64,000 bases of DNA from an uncultured Myxococcales bacterium (GTDB taxonomy: Bacteria > Myxococcota > Myxococcia > Myxococcales > UBA5297): NCBI GenBank assembly GCA_937910285.1, contig CALEOC010000253.1, positions 90,817 to 154,816 of the forward strand. Direction: 5' to 3'. The stretch's first letter is position 1; each line of letters starts with the position of its first letter. The position numbers were made by a program, and so were the translations under genes. Below the pieces are notes generated by a model. It searched no databases. It had not been told where the DNA came from and worked only from the letters and a program-made list of their open reading frames with translations. Below, one piece after another: positions 52,094 to 61,941 of this stretch.

Positions 52094-52594
52094 ATGACCA
52101 AGACGGCTCTTTTCGCTCTGCTGGGGCTCGCGTTTGGCGGCTCGGCGCTCGCCGCCGAGAGCGCGCCGGCCTACGTCTGCTGGTCGACCGACGACCCAGG
52201 CTGCACGAGCCGCCGTCATGGCGAGCTGCCTGTCGACAAGGCGAGGTTCGAGGCGCTGCTCGGAAAGCTTCGTGCGGTCGACAAGAGCGAGCCGCAGATG
52301 AACCTCGTCGCGCAGCGCGAAATCGCCGAGCACGGGCGCTACCTGACTTGCGCGCAGCTCGCCCGGATACTCGAGAGCTTCCGGAGCACCTCGATGCGCG
52401 TGGCCCTCCTCTATGCCCTCGCCAATCGCGTGGTCGACCCGGAGAACGCCGCGGTTGCCGCCCGCCGGCTCGAGCCGGACAGCAGGATGGTCGAGCAGGC
52501 GCGCCAGCTTCTTTCGGGCGCGATCTCCGTCTGGCCCGCCGAGACCGAGGGCGAGGAGGCGCCGCGCGAACGAAGCCGTGCCTCGGACCGCTGA
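52094..52594 (+). CDS. Secreted DUF4476-like protein
   Basis: The signal peptide is MTKTALFALLGLAFGGSALA. It is 166 aa. Confidence 0.45.
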   Translation: MTKTALFALLGLAFGGSALAAESAPAYVCWSTDDPGCTSRRHGELPVDKARFEALLGKLRAVDKSEPQMNLVAQREIAEHGRYLTCAQLARILESFRSTSMRVALLYALANRVVDPENAAVAARRLEPDSRMVEQARQLLSGAISVWPAETEGEEAPRERSRASDR

Positions 52595-52974
52595 GGCGCA
52601 GGGCCCCCGGTCACCCCGAGCTCGTTGCCGGTCCCTTGGCCGGCTGTGACCTTGGAACCGGCAGGGCTGTCAGTTGGGAGCTTGTCGAGGGGCCTCGAGC
52701 GAAGCTGGCCCAGCCGTCTCTGGAGCCCAGAGCTCCGTCCGGTGCGGGCGAGTCGAAGGCCGCTCTCCGTTTTTCGCGAGCTCGGCGACAGGCGGGGCGC
52801 AACCGCAGCTTCGCCAGCGCCAAAGGCTTTCGGGCCGCCAGGGGCCTGGGAACCCACCCCGGCAGATTCTGGCCAGACTGGCAAGAATCTGGAGCCTGAA
52901 GCCTGAAGTCTGGGGTCTGCCGGCCGCCCCCGATCTCCCGGAGTCATTTTGGTTCCGGCTCGGCCGGCTTGGGC

Positions 52975-54204
52975 TTAGGCCGACGGCTCGAGCTCTTCGG
53001 GCTCGCTCTCCGGCTCCTCGTCGCCCCGCCGCCGCTCGAGGATCCACACGAGCAGCACGCCGAGCTCGAAGCAGACCGCCATCGGCACCGCCATCATCGC
53101 CAGGTTCACCGCGTCGCCGGTCGGGGTGATGATCGCCGCGAGGGTGACGCAGGCGACCAGCGCATAGCGCTGCGAGCTCCAGACCCAGCGAAAGCGCAGC
53201 ACCCCGAGCAGGGCGAGCACCGCCATGATCAGCGGCAGCTCGAAGATCGCGCCGAAAGCTATCTCGAGGACGAGCACGAGCGAGAGCTGCTCGCGCATCG
53301 AGAGCATCGGGCGGGTCCACTCCTCCTGGCCGAGCTCGCCGCTGGCGGCCGCGAGGCGGCGCTGGGCGCCCCAGACCGCCTCGAGGGTCTCTGGCTCGGT
53401 CGGCAGGGCTGCGGCGAGCGCGGTGACCGCCTCTTCGAGCTTGCGCGACGCCTCGCGGGTCGCACCCTCGGCGAGCAAGGCGCTGGCCTGCTGGTGCAGG
53501 TCGATGCTGCGGACGAGCTCCTGTCGCCGGCTGCCGGCGTTGGCCGCCACGGCCGAGTCGAGCAGCCGCGCGAAGCGCGACAGACGCTCGGTCAGCTCGA
53601 CCTTGCTCGAGGTGAGCTTCGAGGGGGCCGCGACCTTGCCCTCGCCGCCGCGGCCCAGGGCGTCGTCGGCCCGGCGGGCCAGCTCGAGGGCGCGGCCGTC
53701 GTCGCCGAGCACCAGCATCCGCGCCGCGTCGTCGCCGCGCGCCCGGGCGATCTCGATGCGCTCGCGCAGGCTGCCCGAGCCCCCCGGGGTCAGCAGGAAC
53801 TTGAACATCGGGGGCAGCACGACGAGGTAGCAGAAGAGCGCGCCGAGCAGGAAGAAGAGCGTCCCCAGCGTCACGAACGGCCCGAGGAGCCTGCGCTCGT
53901 GCTTGAGCAGCCCGGGCGCGACGAACTTCCAGAGTTGATAGAGCGCGACCGGCGTCGCCAGGAAGAGGCCGGCGTACAGGCCGACCTTCAGCAGGACGTT
54001 GAGCTCCTCGATGCCCGAGGTGTAGATGAGCGAGCGGCCCCCCTCGGGAAGCGCGGCGAGCACCGGCCGCATCAGCCACTCGAAGAGCTCGCGCGCAAAG
54101 CCCAGCGACAGGCCGCCGAGGACGAGCACGGCCAGCACCACGCGCAACAGGCGCGAGCGCAGCTCGGTCAGATGCTCGGTCAGGGTGAGCTTGAGGTCGT
54201 CCAA
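52975..54204 (-). CDS. tatC: Sec-independent translocase TatC with ~150-aa cytoplasmic insertion
   Basis: The N-terminus MDDLKLTLTEHLTELRSRLLRVVLAVLV and the C-terminal TM5-6 (LVLEIAFGAIFELPLIMAVLALLGV) match TatC. Between TM4 and TM5 lies an Ala/Arg/Glu-rich helical insert absent from canonical ~250-aa TatC. Confidence 0.8.
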   Translation of the reverse strand: MDDLKLTLTEHLTELRSRLLRVVLAVLVLGGLSLGFARELFEWLMRPVLAALPEGGRSLIYTSGIEELNVLLKVGLYAGLFLATPVALYQLWKFVAPGLLKHERRLLGPFVTLGTLFFLLGALFCYLVVLPPMFKFLLTPGGSGSLRERIEIARARGDDAARMLVLGDDGRALELARRADDALGRGGEGKVAAPSKLTSSKVELTERLSRFARLLDSAVAANAGSRRQELVRSIDLHQQASALLAEGATREASRKLEEAVTALAAALPTEPETLEAVWGAQRRLAAASGELGQEEWTRPMLSMREQLSLVLVLEIAFGAIFELPLIMAVLALLGVLRFRWVWSSQRYALVACVTLAAIITPTGDAVNLAMMAVPMAVCFELGVLLVWILERRRGDEEPESEPEELEPSA

Positions 54205-54210
54205 GGGGCG

Positions 54211-54612
54211 CTACTTCCCTGTAGGTGCCGCCGCGGTGGGCTCAGCCTCGCTCGGCGTGGGAGCCGTCTCGGCGGGCACGGCCTGATCTCCAGCGGCTGT
54301 CGCGGCGGGCTCCGAGAGGGCGGGCGCCGCCGACGGGCCGCTTCGGGCCACCGACTCGGGATTCGGCTCGGTGAGCGGTGCGTTGGCTTTCGCCTCCGCG
54401 GCAGGGGCGAACGGCGGGCCGGCAGGCGGGGGCGGGTCGTCCATCCGATAGAACTCCGATTCGACGCTCGAGCGCAGGTCGTCGGTGGCGCGGCGAAACT
54501 CACGCAGCCCCTTGCCCAGAGAGCGCGCCAAGCCGGGCAGCTTCGCCGGGCCGAGCAGCAGCAGGGCTAGGACGAAGACGATCGCGATCTCTGTACCCGA
54601 CATCCCGAACAT
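54211..54612 (-). CDS. tatB: TatA/TatB-family Sec-independent translocase component
   Basis: MFGMSGTEIAIVFVLALLLLGPAKLPGLARSLGKGLREFRRA is the Tat APH signature. It has a Pro/Ala-rich tail. Confidence 0.7.
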   Translation of the reverse strand: MFGMSGTEIAIVFVLALLLLGPAKLPGLARSLGKGLREFRRATDDLRSSVESEFYRMDDPPPPAGPPFAPAAEAKANAPLTEPNPESVARSGPSAAPALSEPAATAAGDQAVPAETAPTPSEAEPTAAAPTGK

Positions 54613-54855
54613 GGTCGTTGCTTGTCCCCTGAGGAAACGGCTCCCGCGGGTTATCGGCCGAAGCCCGCTCTCGACGCAACTGCTCGCGCTGCGCCGGAAG
54701 GGCGCGCTCCAAAGTGGCGCAGGGCCTCGCCAGTCTGGGGCGACCTGGACGTGCCCCTTGCCAAACCCTCGAAGAGACGAGGCTCTTCCTCCGGCGCGCT
54801 CCTTGCCAAGCGAAGGATACGGACGGCCAAGGGCCCTTCGACAGGAGGCAGGCGA

Positions 54856-56501
54856 TGGCGACAAGGCTCACGCAGGAGATGACCGACCAGGCGGTGCGCT
54901 CCGCGGTTCGCGCGGTGCGCCAGGAGGCGTGCGGCCGTCCGGACAACGGCTGGCGCGGCGGCAAGCCGATAGAGGACCCGGAGAAGACCAAGCGCTGGGG
55001 GTTCGTGACCGCCAAGCCCTCCGAGTACCTCGTCCACATGCGCCGCGGGAAGATCCTCGGGCGCAGCAGCGGCCAGGGGGCGAGCTGCTTCAAGTGGCCC
55101 TGGGACTCGGTGGCGATCATCCCCACCACCCTCCAGCACATCTACTTCGCGGCCGACCAGGTGACCTCGGAGAAGGTCGGCGTCCAGGTCAAAGGGCTGG
55201 CGGTCTACCGTGTCGCGAGGCCCGAGCTGACGGTGCGCATGCTCAACTTCAGCTTCCCCGAGCGCGCTCAGCAGAAGCTCGCCGAGACGCTGGGCGACAT
55301 GTTCATCGGCGCGGTGCGCCGGCTGGTCGCGAACCTCACCGTCGAGGAGTGCCTGGTGCGACGCAAGGAGGCGCTCGCCGCCTTCCTGATGGCCGAGATC
55401 GCCCCGGTCGTCTCCGGCGCCGGCCGCGCCAGCGACAGCACCGACCGCGGCTGGGGCGTGGTCATCGATACCATCGAGATCCAGGACGTCGTCGTGCTCA
55501 GCGAGGCGGTCTTCGCCAACATGCAGGCGCCCTATCGCAATCAGCTCATGCTCAAGGCGCGCGAGGCCGAGCTGGCGCGCGAGCGCGAGCTCGAGGAGAC
55601 GCAGGCGCGCGCCGACGCCCAGCTTCGCGAGCTGCGCGCGCAGGCCGAGACCGCCGCGGCGCAGGCCGAGTCGGCCGCGCAGATGAAGCGGCTGGCGGCC
55701 CAGACGCAGGCCGAGCAGGCCAGAGTGCAGGCCGAGCGTGAGCTCGAGCACGCCAAGCTCGAGGCGGACCGCGAGCTCGAGCGGCGCAAGCTCGAGAAGG
55801 AGGCCGAGCTCTCGCGCGCGCGGGCGGAGAAGGACCGTGAGGCCCAGGCCTACCGGGCCCGGGGCGAAGCCGAGGCGCGCAAGGTGAAGGCCGAGGCGTC
55901 GGCCCACGCGGCCGAGGCCGAAGCGCTCGCGGGGGAGCGCGCCCAGGAGCTTCGGGCGCAGTCGGCGCACAACCAGCTGTCGCGCGAGCACGAGCTGGCG
56001 AAGACGAAGCTCGCCCACCAGACCGAGCAGGCGCGCGAGCGGGCGATGGCGGAGCGTGAGGCGGCCGAGGCCGAGGACGCGCTCGTCGCCGAGCGTGCAC
56101 AGCGCGCCCTCGAGCTGCAGAAGAGCGAGGCCGCCTCCTCGGCCGAGGTGCGCCGGCTCGAGATGGAGCTGACGCGGCTCGAGGGCGAGCTGAAGGCCTC
56201 GGTGGCCGCGCGCCAGCGCGAGGTCGACAACACCATCTCTCTCGAGAAGCTGCAGAGCGACTTCGTCAACAAGGCCCTGCCCGAGATCGCCCACGTGCTG
56301 CAGCAGCAGTTCAGCAAGGTGGAGATCATCGCCGGCGCGAACGAGAACCCCTTCGGCTTCCTGGTCCACGCCTTCGAGGGCGTGATGGAGATGGCCAGGT
56401 GGGGCGGGCTCTCCTCGGCGGTGACCACCCCCGGCGCTCTGACCCGGCCGCCGGCGCGGGCGAACGGGGCGCACCCGGTCGTCGAGAAGAAGCCCTCGTA
56501 G
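54856..56501 (+). CDS. SPFH/band-7 flotillin-like protein with long EA-rich coiled coil
   Basis: The N-terminal SPFH domain is followed by ~250 aa of A/E/R/Q heptads (flotillin domain). AGGAGG lies 6 nt before the ATG. Confidence 0.7.
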
Positions 56502-56599
56502 GCCAAAGCCGAGCGGCCGTCGCCGGTCACGCTCGCTCTCGCTCCCGAAGCATCGTTCGGGGCGAGAGGGGGTGACCGGCTCTCGTTTCCAGGCCCTCG

Positions 56600-57370
56600 C
56601 TACTGAACCGGCTCCAGCGTGACGCGGGTGCGCGCGTCGGCGCTGATATCAACGGCGACCTTCTTGTCCTTGAAGCCCGGCGCGCTGACCCGCAGGGTGA
56701 TCGTCCCGGGCGAGAAGCCGGTAAAGACGGCAGGACTCGGCTTGGCCATCGGCATCCCGACCACCTGGACGGTCGCTCCAGGCGGCGTGGTCTCGACGAG
56801 CAGCGTGCAGGACTTCTTTTGAGTGCCCCAGCGAGTCGGGAGCTGCGAGACGGGCAGCGGCGCCTGAGGAGGCGGAGGAGGGGCCACTTGTGGCTGCGCG
56901 GAGGTCGCGGGAACCCCGACGGTTGCCGGCAGAGGCGGCGGGGGCACGGGGTTCAGCGAAGGTGGCCCCACCGCCGCGGGATTCAAGAGAGCAGGCTGCG
57001 CGAGACCGGCGGGCGGCGGAGGAGGCGGGACCTGCGCCTGATAGGCGGGCGCGACCGCGGGCTGCGCCGGGCGAGGCGGCGGCTCGATGATCCTCGGCGC
57101 TGGGTTGAGCGGCGCGTGGATCTGCAGGTCTTCGCTTCCCGAGACCTGCAGCAGGTCGACGCGGGTGACATAGCCCTCGGCCGCGAGCTTCAGCTCGTGC
57201 GTGCCGGGCTCGACCTTGGGGATGGTGACCGGCGCCGGGCCGTAGGCCGTGCCGTCGAGCTGCACCAGGGCGCCCGGCGGGTCTGTCGAGATCTTCAGCG
57301 AGGAGGCAGAGGCGAGCGCCGGCGCTGCGAGAAGCAGGCTGGCGAGCAGAGTGCGGATGGGCGTGCGCAT
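56600..57370 (-). CDS. Secreted protein with two PEGA domains separated by a Pro-rich linker
   Basis: A signal peptide is present, with PEGA cores ISTDPPGALVQLDGTAYGPAP...GTHELKL and VETTPPGATVQVVG. Confidence 0.65.
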   Translation of the reverse strand: MRTPIRTLLASLLLAAPALASASSLKISTDPPGALVQLDGTAYGPAPVTIPKVEPGTHELKLAAEGYVTRVDLLQVSGSEDLQIHAPLNPAPRIIEPPPRPAQPAVAPAYQAQVPPPPPPAGLAQPALLNPAAVGPPSLNPVPPPPLPATVGVPATSAQPQVAPPPPPQAPLPVSQLPTRWGTQKKSCTLLVETTPPGATVQVVGMPMAKPSPAVFTGFSPGTITLRVSAPGFKDKKVAVDISADARTRVTLEPVQ

Positions 57371-57504
57371 GGGCCCGGTTGTAGGCCGCAGCGCGAGGGC
57401 GGGTCAAACTCCGGGCCCGCCCATCGTTCGGAAGGATTGGGGCTCGGCGACCCTACTGGCAGCAACGGCGGCGACCGGCAGGAGGAGCGTGCGGCCCGCC
57501 GGTC

Positions 57505-58329
57505 TCAACCCGCGTCGGCGATCGGCGCCTTCGCGCAGGCGTCCAGGCTCGCGGTGAGCAGCTCCCAGGCGCGGCTGGCGCTGGGCAGACGGCCGCCCAC
57601 CTCGCTTCGGGTCAGCTCGATCGCGCGCTTGGCCGAGCCCGTCGCCGCTTCGCGGGTGAGCGCCCCTGAGCGCACCTGCAGGTGGAGCAGCAGCAGGAAC
57701 GACTGCAGCACGTCGGTCACGTTGTAGGCCTGCACCTCGTCGAGACGGCCGCTGGCCACCATCGACTCGACATCCTTGCCGCTCATCCCCGGTTTGCCCG
57801 GGAGCCCGTGGAACTTGCAGAGCAGATCGAACCGCCCGACCCGTCCGTGCGAGCCGGCCGCCTCGCGCTGCAGGTCGCAGTTGAGCGCGGGGGCGACTCG
57901 CGGGCTGTGCGGCGAGTCGAAGTATGCCGGCGCGGCGAGGCGCATCCGGGAGGCCCACAGCTCCATCAGCGGCAGGTCGAAGCCGGTGCTGTTGAAGCCG
58001 ACGCAGACCCGTCCGGCGATCGACTCAAAGAAGCTGCCGACAAACCCCTCGAGCGGCGCCTCGTCCGCGCGCCAGCAGAGCCAACCGGTCGCGACGATGG
58101 GCGCGGCGGGAGCGGCCTCGCGCCTCTCGGCGAGCAGCACCGCGCCGCACACCGGCTCGTGGAACGGCAGCTTCAGAAAGCCGCTGCTCTCGGCGTGCCC
58201 CTGCTCGACGAGCCGCTGGCAGACCTCGAGCGGATCGACGCAAGGGGCGAGGTCGAGCACCTCGCGGGCGAGGGCGAGGTTGCAGCGCGTCTCGAGATCG
58301 AGGATGGCCCACTTCGGTTGGCTGTTCAC
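57505..58329 (-). CDS. PolB-type 3'-5' exonuclease domain protein (RNase H-like, COG3298-like)
   Basis: Exo I is WAILDLET, Exo II is VGFNSTGFDLPLM, and Exo III is QAYNVTDVL. Confidence 0.5.
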   Translation of the reverse strand: MNSQPKWAILDLETRCNLALAREVLDLAPCVDPLEVCQRLVEQGHAESSGFLKLPFHEPVCGAVLLAERREAAPAAPIVATGWLCWRADEAPLEGFVGSFFESIAGRVCVGFNSTGFDLPLMELWASRMRLAAPAYFDSPHSPRVAPALNCDLQREAAGSHGRVGRFDLLCKFHGLPGKPGMSGKDVESMVASGRLDEVQAYNVTDVLQSFLLLLHLQVRSGALTREAATGSAKRAIELTRSEVGGRLPSASRAWELLTASLDACAKAPIADAG

Positions 58330-58461
58330 CCGGCCATCCTAGCAACCAAGCTCGAAAGACCGAGGTTTCATCCGCTCGGAGCGAAGGCGCCCTGCGCGCG
58401 CTGGCCCTTCGGCCGAAGAGGACAAGCCGCCCGATGCGGATTCTGTTGCCTCGCGCGCCGC

Positions 58462-58860
58462 TCAGCCGCGCGCGCGCGCCCGTCTCGCCCGCAAAATCCG
58501 CAGCGGCGACAGGTCACTCCGCGAGACGCCGATGAGCGAGACCAGGGCCAACAGGGTGAACGGCGTGATGAGCGCGAGCCACTCGGCGTGCACGATGTGG
58601 GTGACGATGGCCCCGAGCATCACCGCGCTGATCAGCGCCGCGCCGAACGAGGTCAGCCTCGGGACGAGCAGCAGGATGGCGCCCGCGGTCTCGACCGCGC
58701 CGACGAAGAACATGACCCAGAGCGGATAGCCCCACCCGATAAAGTTGGTCGGGTGCGGCGGGCTCGCCGCCAGCTTCTGCGTTCCGGCCAGGAGGAAGAG
58801 CGCGGAAGCGACGAGGGTCGCGAACCAGAGGGTCGCCTTTCCAAACAGGCCTGCTTTCAC
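58462..58860 (-). CDS. DoxX-family membrane protein
   Basis: It has four TM helices with a DoxX pattern (LFLLAGTQKL...AVETAGAILLL). Confidence 0.7.
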   Translation of the reverse strand: MKAGLFGKATLWFATLVASALFLLAGTQKLAASPPHPTNFIGWGYPLWVMFFVGAVETAGAILLLVPRLTSFGAALISAVMLGAIVTHIVHAEWLALITPFTLLALVSLIGVSRSDLSPLRILRARRARARG

Positions 58861-58950
58861 GAGTCGCCTCCGGCGGCGCGAACCAAGGCCGGGGCGCAGC
58901 GTGGCGGCGGCAATCGCCCCGGCTGCGCCTCTTCGATCGAGTGTCTGTCC

Positions 58951-59157
58951 TCAGAGGTCCGCAAAGCTGATCTCTTCGGGTATCTGCCCGGTCCCTCCGC
59001 AATAGCTGCAAGGGTCTTCGACTCTGGTCAGACCGACGTAGCGGCCCTTGCCGAGGCAGCCCGGGCAGGTGATTTTCCGCTCGCGCTTGTCGCGCTCGGA
59101 AAAAGCCGAGCGATCCAGCACGAAGCCGTCTGACAGGAGGTTGACTCGCGTCGTCAT
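58951..59157 (-). CDS. Small zinc-ribbon protein (CPGC...CSYC)
   Basis: It is 68 aa with two CxxC pairs: KITCPGCLGKGRYVGLTRVEDPCSYCGGTGQIPE. Confidence 0.3.
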   Translation of the reverse strand: MTTRVNLLSDGFVLDRSAFSERDKRERKITCPGCLGKGRYVGLTRVEDPCSYCGGTGQIPEEISFADL

Positions 59158-59468
59158 TCGATCCCTCGAGTCCTTGAAGAGGCGCGGTCTCTTCGCGAAG
59201 AGGCGCGCGCTGTGGAGATCCTGAAGGTGCGGCCCCGGCGCGCGGGCCACCAGCCGCGTTTTTGCGGGGGCGGGCGCGCTCGGTGGGTCCCTGGCGCGCG
59301 CTCGCCACGCGAGCGTGCAGCGACGTCTCCCTCCGTTTGGCGCGCGATGGGCTCGCCCCTCCGCACGTCGATGCATCCTCGCCCCCAACACAAAGACGAA
59401 GTGAGCCGGCTGCCCGCGGGAGCTCCGCGGGCAGGCCGGCTCGAGGCGAAGGGGAGCTGAAGGGACTG

Positions 59469-59935
59469 CTACTCGGACTTGCGGGACTTGCGCTTGCCGG
59501 TCGCGAAGTAGTCGATGGCCGGCTTGAGCGCGTCGGCGAGGACCGGATCGCTGTCGGCGATGCGCACCAGCGTCGTGTAGTAGGCGAGCGCCGCCCACCA
59601 GCACTCCGAGCGCGCGGTCAGGATGGTGTCGGAGAGCGTCTGGGCGAGGGCGGCGGTCTCGGCCTCGACGGGCTGGAGCTGGTTGGCCAAAGCGAGGTCG
59701 TTGCGCATCCCCTCGACCGAGATGCCCGGCAGCGACACGCCGTAGCGGGTGGCCAGGGTGGCCATCAACTCGACGATCCACTCGCCGTTGGGCCGCATCT
59801 TGAGCGCCTGCGAGCGCTCCTCGGTCGACAGGGGCTGCGTGAAGGGCTCGCACTTCTTCGCCGCCGTGCGAATCCCGCCGCGCACCTCCTCGATCGTCTC
59901 GGGGCTGGGGTTGTTGCTGCCAACACGGTCTTTCA
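59469..59935 (-). CDS. Hypothetical protein (155 aa)
   Basis: It has balanced composition and starts MKDRVGSNNPSPETIEEV. It has no recognisable domain. Confidence 0.4.
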
Positions 59936-60096
59936 TAGGGCTGCCTCCTGTCTGCGGGGTGATTGACGCGGGGAGGCTATGCGCAAAAGAAACCGGGGGA
60001 CACCAAAAAATATCAGCGGGCCCGGGAATGTCGTAAATCGGACTGCAAATCGACTCGATGACACCCCCGAAAGGGTGGGTGATCCAAAATGGCCTA

Positions 60097-60342
60097 TCTC
60101 GGAGACCGAATCTTCGGTCCTCGAGACCGGATTTCTTGTCGCCCACACCCGATGGAGGCTCCCGGAGACCGAGCCATCGGTCTTTCCGACACGACGTCGG
60201 CTCGGCGAGGCGGAACCGCCGGTCCTCGACACCCGAGGTCGGCTCCGAGAGATCGGAGCGGCCCTCCTCGAGACGAGACGGAGGCTCGGAGAGACCGAGG
60301 GTTCGCTCGTCTTGAGGGAGTATCGGCTCCGGAGGGGCGAAC
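60097..60342. repeat. Tandem array of ~6 degenerate 42-bp units, each containing a GACCGA-NNNN-TCGGTC-type hairpin
   Basis: The units run from (T)CTCGGAGACCGAATCTTCGGTCCTCGAGACCGG... through CCCGGAGACCGAGCCATCGGTCTTTCCGACACGACGTCGGCT and onward. The 42-nt periodicity is visible as a 14-aa pseudo-repeat in both overlapping ORFs. Confidence 0.6.
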
Positions 60343-60552
60343 CAAGCGCGCACTGGGCAGGCGTGGCGCAAGGGCGAAGCGGCTGCCGTTTCGCGGGAAC
60401 TCCGCCGCCGGTGCCGGCGCTTTCATGGACCGCGGTGGATTGTGCGGCGGGCCATCAAGGTCGGGGGCGCTCAATGGGAGAAGGGGCAATGAAGGCCATC
60501 GAAGAGCTTGTCCAGGGAATGGCTCAAGGGCGTGAATGGAGCCTGATGGGCG

Positions 60553-61941
60553 ATGCCGACGCGGTGCGCGGCCTGCTCGAGCGCGTCTACGACGAGCGGT
60601 ACGGCTCACCACAAGGATCGCTTTCAGCTACGAGTGAACCTTCAGAAGAAGGATGACGCCGCCTCGTATGCCGGCTGGATCACCGCCGAGAACCGCTCCT
60701 CTGGCCCGTATCAGGGCACCTCGTTCGTCTGGATGCCCGGCGACAAGGGCAGCGTCGCGGTCCTGGTCATTGGCACCGACGGTTTCGGCGCCGACAGCGC
60801 CATACTCGGCCGGCCCGGGCACGGCCGTCGACTGCGAGCGCTCTCGCGCCTTCATCGAGGCAGCGTCTGGGTCAAGCCCGACCTCCTCGACATCGCGACC
60901 GAGGTCCCATCCGCCGTCACCGATCGTTGGCCCGAGATCCCGGCCGCGCTCAAGCAATACGGTCGGGTCATCTACGCCGCGGTCGCCGTGCGCGGCGCCG
61001 GCGACGGCGGCGCGGTCGAAGACCTGCTCGACCTCTTCTTCCACGAACACGGCACGCCCCTGACCGCAGATGCGAAGAAGCGTTGGGACGGTCGCCTCGA
61101 AGAGATCGCCGGGGCCGTCTTTCCGGCCGTCGAGCCCGAGGGGGTCCTCGCCATTCTTCGCGAGCGGCGGTTCGTCGTCCTCGAAGGTCCCCCGGGCACT
61201 GGGAAGACCCGCCTCGCCTATCAACTCGCCGACCGCATCGGTTCGGCCACCCGGGTGCAGTTCCACGCGGCGCGCACCTACGAAGACTTCGTCGTCGGGC
61301 TCTTCCCCAGGCCGACGGGGGACGGCTTGGCTTTCGACGTTCGACCCGGTGAGCTGCTCGTCGCGAACGCGGCGGCGCGCACGCGCGAGCATCTGCTGGT
61401 GCTCGACGAGATCAACCGCGCCGACCTCGCCCGCGTCCTCGGCGAGGCGATCGTGCTCTTCGAGCCTGGCGAGCTGGACCGGAGCGTGCGCTTGCCGCAT
61501 GCGCCCGAGGGCCATGAGCCCGAGCTCCGGCTCTCGCCCCACCTGCTCGTCCTCGGCACCCGGAACACCGCCGACCGGAGCATCGCGCGGATGGACATCG
61601 CCATCCGCCGGCGCTTCGCGTTCATCGAGCTGTGGCCCTCACTGCACGCGGTCGAGCACGGGGGCGTCGACTTCGCCACCGAGCTCTTCGCCGATGCGGT
61701 CCACACCTTCGTCGAGTTCGCCGACGAGGAGACGCTGCGCCTGCTTCCCGGCCATGCCTACTTCCTCGATCCGCGGCCCGATCTCGAAATCGCCGGACGC
61801 GCCGACCGGGTGGCGCGCCGCATCCAGTTCGAGCTCTTGCCGCTGCTGCGCCACTACCTCGACGAGAAGCTGTGCGCGGGAGCGAGCGAGGCTGTCGCCG
61901 GCCTCGCGGACCGAGTCGAGGCGCGGCTCTTGGAGCGCTGA
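60553..61941 (+). CDS. mcrB: McrB-like AAA+ GTPase subunit of a type IV (modification-dependent) restriction system; N-terminus may begin at 60489 in another frame (frameshift)
   Basis: Walker A is VVLEGPPGTGKTRLA, Walker B is LLVLDEINRADLARVLGE, and the McrB-specific motif is MDIAIRRRFAFIEL. Confidence 0.8.
   Translation: MPTRCAACSSASTTSGTAHHKDRFQLRVNLQKKDDAASYAGWITAENRSSGPYQGTSFVWMPGDKGSVAVLVIGTDGFGADSAILGRPGHGRRLRALSRLHRGSVWVKPDLLDIATEVPSAVTDRWPEIPAALKQYGRVIYAAVAVRGAGDGGAVEDLLDLFFHEHGTPLTADAKKRWDGRLEEIAGAVFPAVEPEGVLAILRERRFVVLEGPPGTGKTRLAYQLADRIGSATRVQFHAARTYEDFVVGLFPRPTGDGLAFDVRPGELLVANAAARTREHLLVLDEINRADLARVLGEAIVLFEPGELDRSVRLPHAPEGHEPELRLSPHLLVLGTRNTADRSIARMDIAIRRRFAFIELWPSLHAVEHGGVDFATELFADAVHTFVEFADEETLRLLPGHAYFLDPRPDLEIAGRADRVARRIQFELLPLLRHYLDEKLCAGASEAVAGLADRVEARLLER

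Noticed and set aside
60097-60342. CRISPR-like interpretation of the 42-bp tandem array
   Set aside because: The units are degenerate copies of one another. They are not identical repeats separated by unique spacers, and there are no cas genes.
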